Assembly (NCBI RefSeq): GCF_006345805.1
Contig: NC_043024.1
Span: forward strand, 4,340,001-4,404,000
Reading direction: 5' to 3'
DNA length: 64,000 nucleotides
Source: Octopus sinensis
Lineage: Eukaryota
The notes beneath the pieces were generated by a model that ran no database searches, had not been told where the DNA came from, and saw only the letters and a list, made by a program, of their open reading frames with translations. Shown in pieces: positions 49,231 to 62,039 of the stretch (its first letter is position 1; each line of letters begins with the position of its first letter). The translations under genes were made by a program, and so were the position numbers.

Positions 49231-50397
49231 TCTTGTTTATTGTTGAGCATCTTAAATTTTTGAGGTTATTGTGCTTGCTGTGTAAAACTATAGATGTGTG
49301 CATGCGTATCTCTCCTTCTCTCTCTCCCTTTCTAAATATATCTTATGTATATGTATACATGCTCCAGCATGGCCGCAGTCAAATGACAGAAACAAGTAAA
49401 AGAACATAACGTCATCATCTTCCTCGTTGTCATTGTTTAATGTCTGCAGAGAAGCAGAAATGTGCAGGGCTGGGTCAGGCTGCAATGTCATCTTTACAAT
49501 GGTTTCTACTGCTAGATGCCCTTCCTAATGCCAACCACAGAATGTACTGGGTGCTTTTTATGTGCCACCAGCATCAGTCGATGCTGGGAGCAGGTGTGGC
49601 TATGAGGTAAGAAGTTTGCTACCCAACCCATGCTTGCAGTTTGGGTAAGTGTCTCCCCTGATGGCCTTGGGTCAACTAAAACCTTGTGAGTGGATGTGGT
49701 TGATGGAAACTGGAGGAAGCATATCATATGTAGATATTTATATCATTATCATCATTGTTTAATGTCCACCTTCCATGCTGGTGTGAGTGGGATAGTTTGA
49801 GAGGAACCGACCAGACGGAAGCCTGCACCAGGCTTCTGTGAGTGTTTTACCAGGATTTTTACAGCCTCAATGGATTCTGACCCCTGCAAACATAGACATT
49901 AAATGGATGACAGTGTTGATGTTGTAAGATTTGCAATGTTGAATTACTATGTCGTTTAATGATTCTCTTTATCTCACTGCTTCTTTTTTTTCTATTTCAG
50001 AATATAACATCCTATTGACGTAAAAGAAATTTCTTAATTCAGATGTACCTCTGATATTTTGATTGACTTTCATCAATTAAAGGAAGACCATATATTCATA
50101 AGACACATTCATCAACGCATCAACTTCTTTGTATAAATCTTCAACAAGTGATGGGAAAATACTTCTTCTGGACATTGTATTTAACAGCAACGTTCTTTTG
50201 TCTTCACTGTCTGGAATGTAGAGATTAATAATTTCCAGGTTAATTAATCTTGGATACCTTTACAAAAGAGTTTACATCTTCTGTTTTAGATATTAAGTAA
50301 GATCACTGATTAGAGAAACATAACACTAAATTATTCTCTGACACATCTGAACACAAACACTCTTAGAAATGCAAAAAGAACTACCATTGTGTTATGT

Positions 50398-53300
50398 ATG
50401 AAAGATTATTATCTCACGATGAATGATTTAACTAAACCAAAAAGGCCACATCATTGCAATATCTGTGGCAGATCATTTTCTGCAAACAGTCTCTTGATTA
50501 GGCACAAACGTATTCATACTGGTGAAAAACTATGTCATTGTAATATCTGTGGTAAATCATTCTCTGAAAGTAGTGACTTGCCTAAACACAAATGTACACA
50601 TACAGGAGAGAAGCCATATCATTGTGATATCTGTGATAAATCATACTTTGGAAATAGTCAGTTGGCTATTCACAAACGTGTTCATACAGGAGAGAAACCA
50701 TATCACTGTGATATTTGTGGTAAATCATTCTCTCAAAGTAGTCAATTGACTAGGCACAGACTTACTCATACAGGAGAAAAACCATTCCATTGTAGTATCT
50801 GTGGTAAATCATTCTCTAGAAATAGTGAATTGACTTGTCACAAATGTATTCATACAGGGGAAAAACCATATCAGTGTGATTTCTGTGGTAAATCATTTTC
50901 TGGAAACAGTCTCTTGATTAGGCACAAACGTATTCATACTGGGGAAAAACCATATCACTGTGATATCTGTGGTAAATCATTTTCTCAAAGTAGTGACTTG
51001 CCTAAACATAAACTCTCCCATACAGGAGAGAAGCCATTTTATTGTAAATTCTGTGGTAAATATTTTTCTGAAAATAGGTTAAGTCGTCACAAATGTAAAC
51101 AGAGAGGAGAAAAGCCATATGACTGTAATATCTGTGGTAAATCGTTTGCTAACAATAGTCTCTTGATTATTCACAAACGTATTCATACCGGGGAAAAACC
51201 ATATCAGTGTGATATCTGTGGTAAATCATTCTCTCAAAGAGGTTCCTTGACAAGTCACATACGTATTCATACTGGGGAAAAACCATATCACTGTGATATC
51301 TGTGGTAAATCATTCTCTCAAAGAGGTTCCGTGGCTAGTCACATACGTGTTCATACTGGGGAAAAACCATATCGCTGTGATATTTGTGGCGGTTCATTCT
51401 CTCACAGGAGTGCCTTGACGAAACACACATTCACACATACAGGAGAGAAGCCATTTCATTGTGATATCTGTGGTAAATTATTTTTCAAATGCTTGAATAG
51501 CTTGAAATCACACAAGCGTGTTCATACAGGAGTGAAACCATATCACTGTGATATTTGTGGTTGGTCATTCTCTCACAGTAATGCCCTGACTAAACACACA
51601 TACACACATGCAGAAGAGAAGCCATTTCATTGTAATATCTGTGATAAATCGTTCACTAGAAATAATCAATTGACTTGTCACAAACGCATTCATACTGTGG
51701 AAAATCCATACCAGTGTGATATCTGTGGTAAATCATTTTCCAGTAATAACACTGTCACTCGTCACAAACGTATTCATACTGGGGAAAAACCATACCAGTG
51801 TGATACCTGTTGTAAATCATTTTCCAGTAATAACACTGTCACTCGTCACAAACATATTCATACTGGGGGAAAACCATATCAATGTGATATCTGTGGTAAA
51901 TCATTCTCTCAAAGTGGTGCTTTGACTTATCACAGACGCATTCATACTGGGGAAAATCCATACCAGTTTGATATCTGTGGTAAATCATTTTCCAGTTATA
52001 ACACTGTCACTCGTCACAAACATATTCATACTGGGGGAAAACCATATCAATGTGATATCTGTGGTAAATCATTCTCTCAAAGTGGTGCTTTAACTTATCA
52101 CAGACGCATTCATACTGGGGAAAATCCATACCAATGTGATATCTGCAGTAAATCATTTCCTAGAAACAACACTCTCACTCGTCACAAACGTATTCATACT
52201 GGGGAAAAACCATATCAGTGTGATATCTGTGGTAAATCATTCTCTCAAGGTGGCGACATACCTAAACATAAACGTACTCATACAGGTGAGAAGCCATATC
52301 ATTGTAATATCTGTGGTAGATCATTTTCTGGAAGTAGCGACTTGATTAAACACAAATGTATTCATACAGGAGAGAAGCCGTATCATTGTAATATCTGTGG
52401 TAAATCATTTTCTGGAAACAGTCTCTTGATTAGGCACAAACGTATTCATACTGGGGAAAAACCATATCACTGTGATATCTGTGGTAAATCATTTTCTCAA
52501 AGTAGTGACTTGCCTAAACATAAACTCTCCCATACAGGAGAGAAGCCATTTTATTGTAAATTCTGTGGTAAATATTTTTCTGAAAATAGGTTAAGTCGTC
52601 ACAAATGTAAACAGAGAGGAGAAAAGCCATATGACTGTAATATCTGTGGTAAATCGTTTGCTAACAATAGTCTCTTGATTATTCACAAACGTATTCATAC
52701 CGGGGAAAAACCATATCAGTGTGATATCTGTGGTAAATCATTCTCTCAAAGAGGTTCCTTGACAAGTCACATACGTATTCATACTGGGGAAAAACCATAT
52801 CACTGTGATATCTGTGGTAAATCATTCTCTCAAAGAGGTTCCGTGGCTAGTCACATACGTGTTCATACTGGGGAAAAACCATATCGCTGTGATATTTGTG
52901 GCGGTTCATTCTCTCACAGGAGTGCCTTGACGAAACACACATTCACACATACAGGAGAGAAGCCATTTCATTGTGATATCTGTGGTAAATTATTTTCTCA
53001 GAATGGTAGCTTGAAATCACACAAGCGTGTTCATACAGGAGTGAACCCATATCACTGTGATATTTGTGGTTGGTCATTCTCTCACAGTAATGCCCTGACT
53101 AAACACACATACACACATGCAGAAGAGAAGCCATTTCATTGTAATATCTGTGATAAATCGTTCACTAGAAATAATCAATTGACTTGTCACAAACGCATTC
53201 ATACTGTGGAAAATCCATACCAGTGTGATATCTGTGGTAAATCATTTTCCAGTAATAACACTGTCACTCGTCACAAACATATTCATACTGGGGGAAAACC

Positions 53301-53814
53301 ATATCAATGTGATATCTGTGGTAAATCATTCTCTCAAAGTGGTGCTTTGACTTATCACAGACGCATTCATACTGGGGAAAATCCATACCAGTGTGATATC
53401 TGTTGTAAATCATTTTCCAGTAATAACACTGTCACTCGTCACAAACATATTCATACTGGGGGAAAACCATATCAATGTGATATCTGTGGTAAATCATTCT
53501 CTCAAAGTGGTGCTTTGACTTATCACAGACACATTCATACTGGGGAAAATCCATACCAGTGTGATATCTGTGGTAAATCATTTTCCAGTTATAACACTGT
53601 CACTCGTCACAAACATATTCATACTGGGGGAAAACCATATCAATGTGATATCTGTGGTAAATCATTCTCTCAAAGTGGTGCTTTGACTTATCACAGACGC
53701 ATTCATACTGGGGAAAATCCATACCAATGTGATATCTGCAGTAAATCATTTCCTAGAAACAACACTCACTCGTCACAAACGTATTCATACTGGGGAAAAA
53801 CCATATCAGTGTGA
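50398..53814 (+). CDS. Very long C2H2 poly-zinc-finger protein, family B copy B2 (39 finger units before a frameshift)
   Basis: ATG 50398 gives [24 protein letters not shown]... 3.4-kb open frame of TGEKPY-linked fingers. A 2-bp deletion at ~53765 ends the frame at 53814. Confidence 0.85.
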   Translation: MKDYYLTMNDLTKPKRPHHCNICGRSFSANSLLIRHKRIHTGEKLCHCNICGKSFSESSDLPKHKCTHTGEKPYHCDICDKSYFGNSQLAIHKRVHTGEKPYHCDICGKSFSQSSQLTRHRLTHTGEKPFHCSICGKSFSRNSELTCHKCIHTGEKPYQCDFCGKSFSGNSLLIRHKRIHTGEKPYHCDICGKSFSQSSDLPKHKLSHTGEKPFYCKFCGKYFSENRLSRHKCKQRGEKPYDCNICGKSFANNSLLIIHKRIHTGEKPYQCDICGKSFSQRGSLTSHIRIHTGEKPYHCDICGKSFSQRGSVASHIRVHTGEKPYRCDICGGSFSHRSALTKHTFTHTGEKPFHCDICGKLFFKCLNSLKSHKRVHTGVKPYHCDICGWSFSHSNALTKHTYTHAEEKPFHCNICDKSFTRNNQLTCHKRIHTVENPYQCDICGKSFSSNNTVTRHKRIHTGEKPYQCDTCCKSFSSNNTVTRHKHIHTGGKPYQCDICGKSFSQSGALTYHRRIHTGENPYQFDICGKSFSSYNTVTRHKHIHTGGKPYQCDICGKSFSQSGALTYHRRIHTGENPYQCDICSKSFPRNNTLTRHKRIHTGEKPYQCDICGKSFSQGGDIPKHKRTHTGEKPYHCNICGRSFSGSSDLIKHKCIHTGEKPYHCNICGKSFSGNSLLIRHKRIHTGEKPYHCDICGKSFSQSSDLPKHKLSHTGEKPFYCKFCGKYFSENRLSRHKCKQRGEKPYDCNICGKSFANNSLLIIHKRIHTGEKPYQCDICGKSFSQRGSLTSHIRIHTGEKPYHCDICGKSFSQRGSVASHIRVHTGEKPYRCDICGGSFSHRSALTKHTFTHTGEKPFHCDICGKLFSQNGSLKSHKRVHTGVNPYHCDICGWSFSHSNALTKHTYTHAEEKPFHCNICDKSFTRNNQLTCHKRIHTVENPYQCDICGKSFSSNNTVTRHKHIHTGGKPYQCDICGKSFSQSGALTYHRRIHTGENPYQCDICCKSFSSNNTVTRHKHIHTGGKPYQCDICGKSFSQSGALTYHRHIHTGENPYQCDICGKSFSSYNTVTRHKHIHTGGKPYQCDICGKSFSQSGALTYHRRIHTGENPYQCDICSKSFPRNNTHSSQTYSYWGKTISV

Positions 53815-54620
53815 TATCTGGTAAATCATTCTCTCAAGGTGGCGACATACCTAAACATAAACGTACTCATACAGGTGAGAAGCCATATCATTGTAATATC
53901 TGTGGTAGATCATTTTCTGGAAGTAGCGACTTGATTAAACACAAACGTATTCATACAGGAGAGAAGCCGTATCATTGTAATATCTGTGGCAAATCATTTG
54001 CTGAGGGTAGCAATTTAACTTATCACAAACGTATTCATACAGGAGAGAGGCCATATCATTGTAATATCTGTGATAAATCATTCCCAACAAGTAGTCATTT
54101 GACTTATCACAAACGTATTCATACAGGAGAGAAGCGATATCATTGTAATATCTGTAGTAAATCATTTCCTCAAAGTAGTTCGTTAACACAACACAAACGT
54201 ATTCATACAAGTGAGAAACCATATCACTGTGATATCTGTGGTAACTCATTCTCTCAAAGTGGAATCTTGTCTGGACACAAACGTACACATACAGGGGACA
54301 AGCCACATGATTGTGATATCTGGTGAATCATTCTCCCAAAGTTGGGTCTTGTCTAGACACAAACGTACACATAAAGGGGACCAGCCAGATGATTGTGATA
54401 TCTGGTGAATCATTCTCTAGCAAGAGTAACAAACATAGTCAAAATTGGGGATAATCCATATCACTGTAACATCTGTGGTAAATCAAATGCTGAAAATAAT
54501 TTTTTAACTGGTCACAAGGATATTCATACAGAAGGGAAGCCAGATCCTTGTGACATCTGTGGTGAGTCATTCTCTCAAAAAGGCCTCTCAAGTACACATG
54601 TGAGTATTCATACACAAGTG
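53766..54620 (+). pseudogene. Out-of-frame continuation of ZNF B2 (about 6 more good fingers, then degenerate ones)
   Basis: Second 2-bp deletion at ~53820 (ATCTGTGG>ATCTGG). The fingers in ORF 53811-54326 continue the array. Confidence 0.75.
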
Positions 54621-56319
54621 TAACCGTATCAGTATTAAAATTTATTACAACAGGACAGCGATTATGAATATTTTGTCTGCTAAAAGACAGGGTTTATCCC
54701 TCTTCAAGCTTGACATCATCAGCTTCAGTTTCTTGGATGTCAACATGAAATTCATGAATCTCAACTTCAATATCATTTATATATCTAAATATATCAACAC
54801 AGAGATGACTTTGGTTTCTGGAGAGGATTGTGCTGGATTTTTGAGGAATTTGTTATGAGAGAATAAAGGAATGGGAATAAGGAATAAAAGTTTTGAGTGA
54901 TATTAATTTTGTCTTTGTTGTGCTTTCTTCATCATCATCATCATCATCCTCCTTTAAGGTTTTCTATGCAGGATCAGGTGGGAAAGTGTTACAAGAGCTG
55001 TCAAGCCAGAGTACTGCTCCAGATTTGGCTGTATGCCCTTAAGATACATGGTGTGTTTTATAAATATCCCTCTGCAAGTATCATGCTAACATGAAACCAG
55101 TAGTAGCTCTTTTGGTTTGGGATTTAATTTGATGTGTGTGTGTGTGTGAACATGATGTCAGTCTAATGTGAAAATCTTAGAAAAGTGTAATATGTCCATC
55201 ATCGTTTAGTGTCCGCTTTCCATGCTAGCATGGGTTGGACGGTTCAATTTGGGTCTGGAAAGCCTGAAGGCTGCACCAGGCCCAGTCTGGTCTGGCAATG
55301 TTTCTACGGCTGGATGCCCTTCCTGATGCCAACCACTCTGTGAGTGTAGTGGGTGCTTTTTATGTGTCACCGGCATGAGGGGCCAAGCGAGGCTGGCAAT
55401 GGCCATGAACGGATGGTGCTTTATACGTGCCACCAGCACGAGGCCAGTTGGAGCGGCGGTGGCAACGGCCACATTCGGATGGTTCTCTTACGTACCACCG
55501 GCACTGGTATCACAGCTGCAGTTTCCATTGATGTTGATCTATTTCGATTCTCACTTGCCTCAACAGGTCTTCACTAGTAGAGTTTTGTGTCCCAAGAAGG
55601 AAAGGTATGCATAAGTGGACTGGCTACATCCCATGTCGAGGACACGGTTTATGGTCTCACTTGTATACTGATGAGGATTCAGTGTAGATGGTTAGAACAT
55701 GTTTTCGAGATGGAAAATGACTGCATTACAAAAATTCTTCAGTGTGTCCAACAAATAGAGGGATATCATGACAGCCTAGCCTTAGGTATAAGGATAAGCT
55801 GAAGCAATAAATATACTCTCTACAGCTTGATTTGACATGTTGGGAAAGTCATTGCCTAGTGTAGGCAAGGGAAGAGAGATGCAAAAACAAAAAAAATTGA
55901 GAATTATCTATATATATATAAAAGCTGGAGTCTGTGTATGGCGGGAAAGAAGTGGGGTTGGCGACAGGAAAGGACCCTAAGTGGGACATGATGTCACAGG
56001 TTAAAGACGGCCTCTTTCTCCAGGGTCTGCGACGGGATGAAGTTTTGTGCTGGAAACGGTCATAGGGTAGAATATACAAGTACACTTTCTTAAAATAATC
56101 TGGTGAGAATTTTAAAAGAACTTGAAGATGAAGTTATTGACAGAATGGGACAAAGTAAAAAGAAAAACCGGAACGAGTCAGTAGCGCTCTCTATTGGAGA
56201 ATTAAGGAAATACAATTATATCAGGGGAAACAACTTCTACACCACATCAACTACGTGGCCAAAAAAGCTAATTAAGCTGCTTAATTACCGATCACTGAGT
56301 CGCTGTTTATTTGTGAATT

Positions 56320-57010
56320 CGGTAAGTTGACAAAGATTTACTTTAAGGCTGTAATAGTGTTGATAATACTACTAATAATAATGTAAATAATAGAATTCTG
56401 TGAACCTCTCGATGTTACAGGAATTATTTTTCGAAGCGGGAACCTGACAACAATTAGGAAAATATATTTGCTCGTCTTAATTAATAACTTCCAAACTGAA
56501 ATGTTGATCTGTTATTTATGAAAACCTATGATCGACTTTTACATGTGATATAAAGGAAATTAATTCATAAAATGAGAGTAATGTGGCATAATTAATTAGT
56601 AAAATGAGAGAAAACCGATTGAAGAATACTACATTAATTAACGTTGTCCGTTGTAATGAGGCAGGCATTGATAAAACGGTAAGTTGATGAAGATTTACTT
56701 TACGGCTGTAATGGTAATAATAATAAGGTAAATAATTACATATTATTATTATTTTCGAAGCGAAAACCTAACAAAATTTGGAAAATATATTTCTTCGACT
56801 TAATTAATAACTTCCAAACTGAAATGTTGATTTGTTGTTTATAAAATACAATGACCGACTGTTACATGTGATAGAACTGAAATTAATTGGTAAAATGAGA
56901 ATAAAACAGCGTAATTAATTAGTAGAATGTGAGGAGTCCGATTGAAGAATTCCACATTAATATATGTTATCCTGTCGTTTATGAGGCATTGATAAAACGG
57001 TAAGTTGATA
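56320..57010 (+). repeat. Tandem ~320-360-bp duplication, each unit starting at CG|GTAAGTTG; homologous to 7510-7770
   Basis: GTAAGT at 56322, 56679 and 57000; unit sequence shared with 7513 onward. Confidence 0.75.
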
Positions 57011-57418
57011 AAGATTTACTGTAATGTTATATAAATAATAGTAATGATGATGATGATTTCAAAACTGGTCCAGGGTCAGCAATCTTTAATACGAGCGATA
57101 AGTCGATTGCATGGGTCCCGTTTTTTGGTCCGAAAGAGATGAAAGACAAAGTCGATCTCATCCGTGTTTGAACTCAGGACTTTCCGCCGAGGTTGGCTTT
57201 GTATTTCGTTCCATTCTGTGTAAAGAAAATAATAATGATGATGACAATAGTAATCTTTTGATAATTAAAATAATAATCATTTGTGCTTTTGACCTGAAAA
57301 TTGGCGGGAGGGCATAAGTGAATTACATGGAACCTAGTACTTGATTGCTTCTTATTTTTTCTACCTGGAAATGATGAAAGGCGACCTTGATGTTATTTGA
57401 ACTTTGAGAGTAATGATG

Positions 57419-58029
57419 CGATCTTTTCACTTTGACCGGCAGATTTTTAAAGTAATTTCTAGATAACTAAACACTTTTAAACTTCGTATTCTGGTAGAAT
57501 GTGTTTATAAAACATCTTTCTTGGCTTCTTAAGAAAATTCTGTAGTTTGAAACATATTTGTTGTTTAATTTCTTGCATTTCGGCAATTTCAACCAATCAA
57601 TGACGTCTATTGAGGTGAAAACGATTTCTGCCGTAACATTTACTGGCGGCGTCATATGAAAATGTCCGTTACATATTATATATTCGTTTTAGAAACAGAT
57701 TGGGTTTATTTACATTTCTGAAGAAAGAAAGATACCCTAACCCTAAAACAGATTCAAATGAAATAGATCGATACTAGGCTCATAATTATGACGCCGCCAG
57801 AAAATGTTACGGCAGAAATCGTTTTCACCTCTATAGACGTCATTCATTGGTTGAAATTGCCGAAATGCAAGAATTTAAACAACAAATATGTTACAAACGA
57901 CAGAATTTTCTCAAGAAAGCCAAGAGAAAAAGATGTTTTATAAACACATTCTACCATTATAGGAAGTTTAAAATTGTTTAGTTACATAGAAATTATTTTT
58001 AAAATCTGCAAGTCAAAGCGAAAAGATCC
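57419..58029. mobile_element. Palindromic GGATC-TIR element (Merlin-like), 8-bp TSD
   Basis: Arms 57419-57655 and ~57790-58029 are reverse complements. TSD TAATGATG at 57411-57418 and 58030-58037. Confidence 0.8.
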
Positions 58030-58742
58030 TAATGATGTGTAGGGCACTGACCATGGGCTCATCGTAGACAACATGAAGACAGGGACCTTCATTGCTGGCT
58101 ACCTAGCGAGCTGGTCCAGAGAAGGGAATTCCGGTCGGGCAACATGAAGTCTTAAATCAAACATTTTTCTGAATGGTTGTAAAGGTGAAGTGTGTAGTAA
58201 ACTTGTGTGGGTATACCAATGTTTCAACGCCTCAATGAACTCTGACCCCTGTAAACATTGACATTAAATGTCTGACAGTGTTCATGTTGTAATATTTACA
58301 ATGTTGAATTACTATGTCACTTGACTATCCTCTTTATCTTACTGTTTCTTTTTCTATTTCAGAATATCACATCATGTTGTCATAAAAGAAATTACTTCGT
58401 TCAGATGTGCCTTTGATATTTTTATCAACTTTCATCAACTAAAGGAAGACGATATATTTATAAGGAGCCTTCATCCATACATCAACGTTTCTATATAAAT
58501 ATAATCTATGACAAACAACAGCGAAATATATTTCTTGTCTTCACTGTCTGGAATATAGAGGAGGTGATTGCCTTACAAGTTTGGATAACTTTACAAACGA
58601 GTTGACAATTTTCACCTGTTGATTTAGGTACTAAGATCACAGATGAAAGAAACATAGCATTAAATTATTCCCTGAAAATAGTGATGCAAATGGACACAAA
58701 CATATTCATAGAAAGGAAACAAACAGTATTATTGTGATACAT

Positions 58743-60065
58743 ATGACAAATTATCCTGTCATAATGAATAATTTAACTGAACCTAAAAACTCTGATACAA
58801 GAGAGAAACCATATCGTTGTGATATCTGTGGTAAATCATTCTTTCGAAAAAGTCACTGGACCATTCACAAACGTATTCATACAGGAGAGAAGCCATATCA
58901 CTGTGATATTTGTGGTAAATCATTTTCTCATAATAGTCATTTGACTAGGCACAAACGTATTCATACAGGAGAGAAGCCATATCGTTGTGATATCTGTGGT
59001 AAATCATTTTCTTGTAATAGTGACTTGACTAAACATAAACGTGTTCATACAGGAGAGAAGCCATATCATTGTGATATCTGTGGTAAATCATTTTCTTGTA
59101 ATAGTGCATTGACTGAACATAAACGTATTCATACAGGAGAGAAGCCATATCGTTGTCATATCTGTGGCAAATCATTTTCTTGTAATAGTAGCTTGACTGT
59201 CCATAAACGTGTTCATACAGGAGAGAAGCCATATCATTGTGATATCTGTGGTAAATCATTTTCTTGTAATAGTGACTTGACTAAACATAAACGTATTCAT
59301 ACAGGAGAGAAGCCATATCGTTGTGATATCTGTGGCAAATCATTTTCTCACAATAGTACCTTAACAGCACACAAACGTATTCATACGGGAAAGAAGCCAT
59401 ATCATTGTGATATCTGTGGTAAATCATTTTCTTGTAAGAGTGGCTTGACTCTCCATAAACGTGTTCATACAGGAGAGAAGCCATATCGTTGTGATGTCTG
59501 TGGTAAATCATTTTCGTTTAATGGTGACTTGACTAAACATAAACGTATTCATACAGGAGAGAAGCCATATCATTGTGATATCTGTGGTAAATCATTTTCT
59601 TGTAAGAGTGACTTGACTGTCCATAGGCGTATTCATACAGGAGAGAAGCCATATCATTGTGATGTCTGTTGTAAATCATTTTCTTGTAATTGTGACTTGA
59701 CTAAACATAAACGTATTCATACAGGAGAGAAGCCATATCATTGTGATATCTGTGGTAAATCATTTTCTTCTAAGAGTGGCTTGACTCTCCATAAACGTGT
59801 TCATACAGGAGAGAAGCCATATCGTTGTGATGTCTGTGGTAAATCATTTTCGTTTAATGGTGACTTGACTAAACATAAACGTGTTCATACAGGAGAGAAG
59901 CCATATCGTTGTGATGTCTGTGGTAAATCATTTTTTTGTAAGAGTGACTTGACTGTCCATAAGCGTATTCATACAGGAGAGAAGCTATATCATTGTGATG
60001 TCTGTGGTAAATCATTTTCTTGTAATAGTGATTTGATAAAACATAAACGTATTCATACAAGATAG
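58743..60065 (+). CDS. C2H2 poly-zinc-finger protein, family B copy B3 (15 fingers, intact)
   Basis: ATG 58743 gives [24 protein letters not shown] + 15 CxxC...HxxxH fingers with canonical linkers; stop TAG at 60063-60065. Confidence 0.93.
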   Translation: MTNYPVIMNNLTEPKNSDTREKPYRCDICGKSFFRKSHWTIHKRIHTGEKPYHCDICGKSFSHNSHLTRHKRIHTGEKPYRCDICGKSFSCNSDLTKHKRVHTGEKPYHCDICGKSFSCNSALTEHKRIHTGEKPYRCHICGKSFSCNSSLTVHKRVHTGEKPYHCDICGKSFSCNSDLTKHKRIHTGEKPYRCDICGKSFSHNSTLTAHKRIHTGKKPYHCDICGKSFSCKSGLTLHKRVHTGEKPYRCDVCGKSFSFNGDLTKHKRIHTGEKPYHCDICGKSFSCKSDLTVHRRIHTGEKPYHCDVCCKSFSCNCDLTKHKRIHTGEKPYHCDICGKSFSSKSGLTLHKRVHTGEKPYRCDVCGKSFSFNGDLTKHKRVHTGEKPYRCDVCGKSFFCKSDLTVHKRIHTGEKLYHCDVCGKSFSCNSDLIKHKRIHTR

Positions 60066-60555
60066 AAACCACATTGCGATATATGTGGTAAATCATTCTC
60101 TGGAAGAAGTGTCCTAACTAAACACCAGTGCAGGACAGAAACCATATCATTGTGATATCTATGGTAAATCATTCTCTGGAAGAAGTGTCCTAACTAAACA
60201 CCAGTGCAGGACAGAAACCATATCATTGTGATATCTATGGTAAATCATTCTCTGGAAGAAGTGTCCTAACTAAACACCAGTGCAGGACAGAAACCATATC
60301 ATTGTGATATCTATGGTAAATCATTCTCTGGAAGAAGTGTCCTAACTAAACACCAGTGCAGGACAGAAACCATATCATTGTGATATCTATGGTAAATCAT
60401 TCTCTGGAAGAAGTGTCCTAACTAAACACCAGTGCAGGACAGAAACCATATCATTGTGATATCTATGGTAAATCATTCTCTGGAAGAAGTGTCCTAACTA
60501 AACACCAGTGCAGGACAGAAACTATATCATTGTGATATCTATGGTAAATCATTCT
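60064..60555 (+). repeat. 76-bp minisatellite (~6.5 copies) derived from a dead zinc finger
   Basis: CAGGACAGAA recurs at 60131, 60207, 60283, 60359, 60435 and 60511 (exact 76-bp period). Confidence 0.95.
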
Positions 60556-62039
60556 CTCAAAAACGCCATTTATGTACACATGTGAGTATTCACACAAAAG
60601 TGCAACCATTCAGTATTAATCTTTATTACAACAATTATGGCTATTTTTTTCTGCTGAAAGACTGGGCTATTTTTATCTCTTCAAATATGATGTTATCGAC
60701 TTCAATTTCAATAATGTCAACATCAAATTCATGAATGTCATGTATATATATGGAAGTATATCAACAATGCCTTTGATTTCTGAAGATGATTGCTCTGGAC
60801 TTTTGAGCAATTTGTTTTGAGAGAATAAAGAAATGGGAATAATGAATAAAAGGTTACACTGAAGTTGATTTTGTCTATGTGTTTTCATCATTGTCGCTCT
60901 TATCATCATCATCCTTTAGTGAAATTTTTTTTTTTACTGGCATGGGTGGCACAGTGTGACATGAGCTGGCAAACCATGATGCTGCACTAGGTTCCAATCT
61001 GATTTGTTTGGGTTTTTTTGGGTGTATTCTCCTAATGCTAACCAGTTCACAGTTTATGCTGTGTGCTTCAAGTATATATGTATGTATGCACACACACACA
61101 TATATGTGTGTGTGTGTATATATATATATCATCATCAGCATCCACTGAAAAAAAATATATATATTTACCCCTTTACCCAGGGGTAAAGGGGTCTGCCCCA
61201 CTTTTTCCAAGCAAAATGAAGGAGTTTGCAGCACATTGTAAGGTCAGGGTACTTGATTCCATGCAAAAAATCTGAGTTTTTTTGTTTGTCTTTATGAAAA
61301 TTTGTGGGTGAAAATATCAAAATTTACCCGAAATTCTTCTGGACTCCAACTTCTCGGAAAAAAATTGTGACAACAAATTCGTATGTAATCGTAATCTAAA
61401 CGATCTAAAAAGTATTATCATCGTAATCTAATTTAATTACTGCACAATAAGAGGAAACTTGCCTAATTAATTCTGATAGAATAACTATAAATTCGTCTGG
61501 GGTAAGTACTTAAATGTACCCCATCGAATTTGTTTCCTCGTCACTTTCTTAAAAATTGGTATTTTTAAATGGAATCTCTAAGAGAAGTACTCCAGCATGG
61601 CCACAGTAGCTGACACTCTGTGTTTTAGTTTAGCCATTCAACTGAAAAGCCTGCTCATGGAATTAACATGCAACTGGCTGAGTATTCCACAGACATGGGG
61701 AGCCTTGATATAGTCTTCAGTGAAGCACAGCATGACACGGATGGTGAGAAGACCGGCCCTTTGAATTACAGGTGAAACTCAGTTTTGACACCTGAGTGGA
61801 CTTATTGCAAAGTGAAATAAAATGGCTTGGAGACTCATTGCACCACTGTGTATCGAACTCACAACTTTACAATTGTGAGTGAAATACCCTAACCACTAAG
61901 CCATGCCACTTCACAGGTGAAACAAGTGAAAGGAGAGAAGAGAAAGAAAACAGTTAAATAATTAGAGAAATGTTGAAGTGATTCATCTATATACAGAATG
62001 TTGTAAAAGTTATCAATATGAAAATTATTACACCATGAC

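Noticed and set aside
54700-54810. Acidic antisense peptide (DIEVEIHEFHVDIQETEADDVKLEE) in the family B 3' flank
   Set aside because: Short, no start or splice context, and the frame is not preserved among the three paralogous flanks.
60064-60555. CRISPR-like array
   Set aside because: No unique spacers; the whole 76-bp unit repeats and derives from a zinc finger; eukaryotic context with no cas genes.
61167-61192. 12-bp perfect palindrome ACCCCTTTACCC-AG-GGGTAAAGGGGT
   Set aside because: Too short and isolated to interpret; no partner TIR or TSD found.
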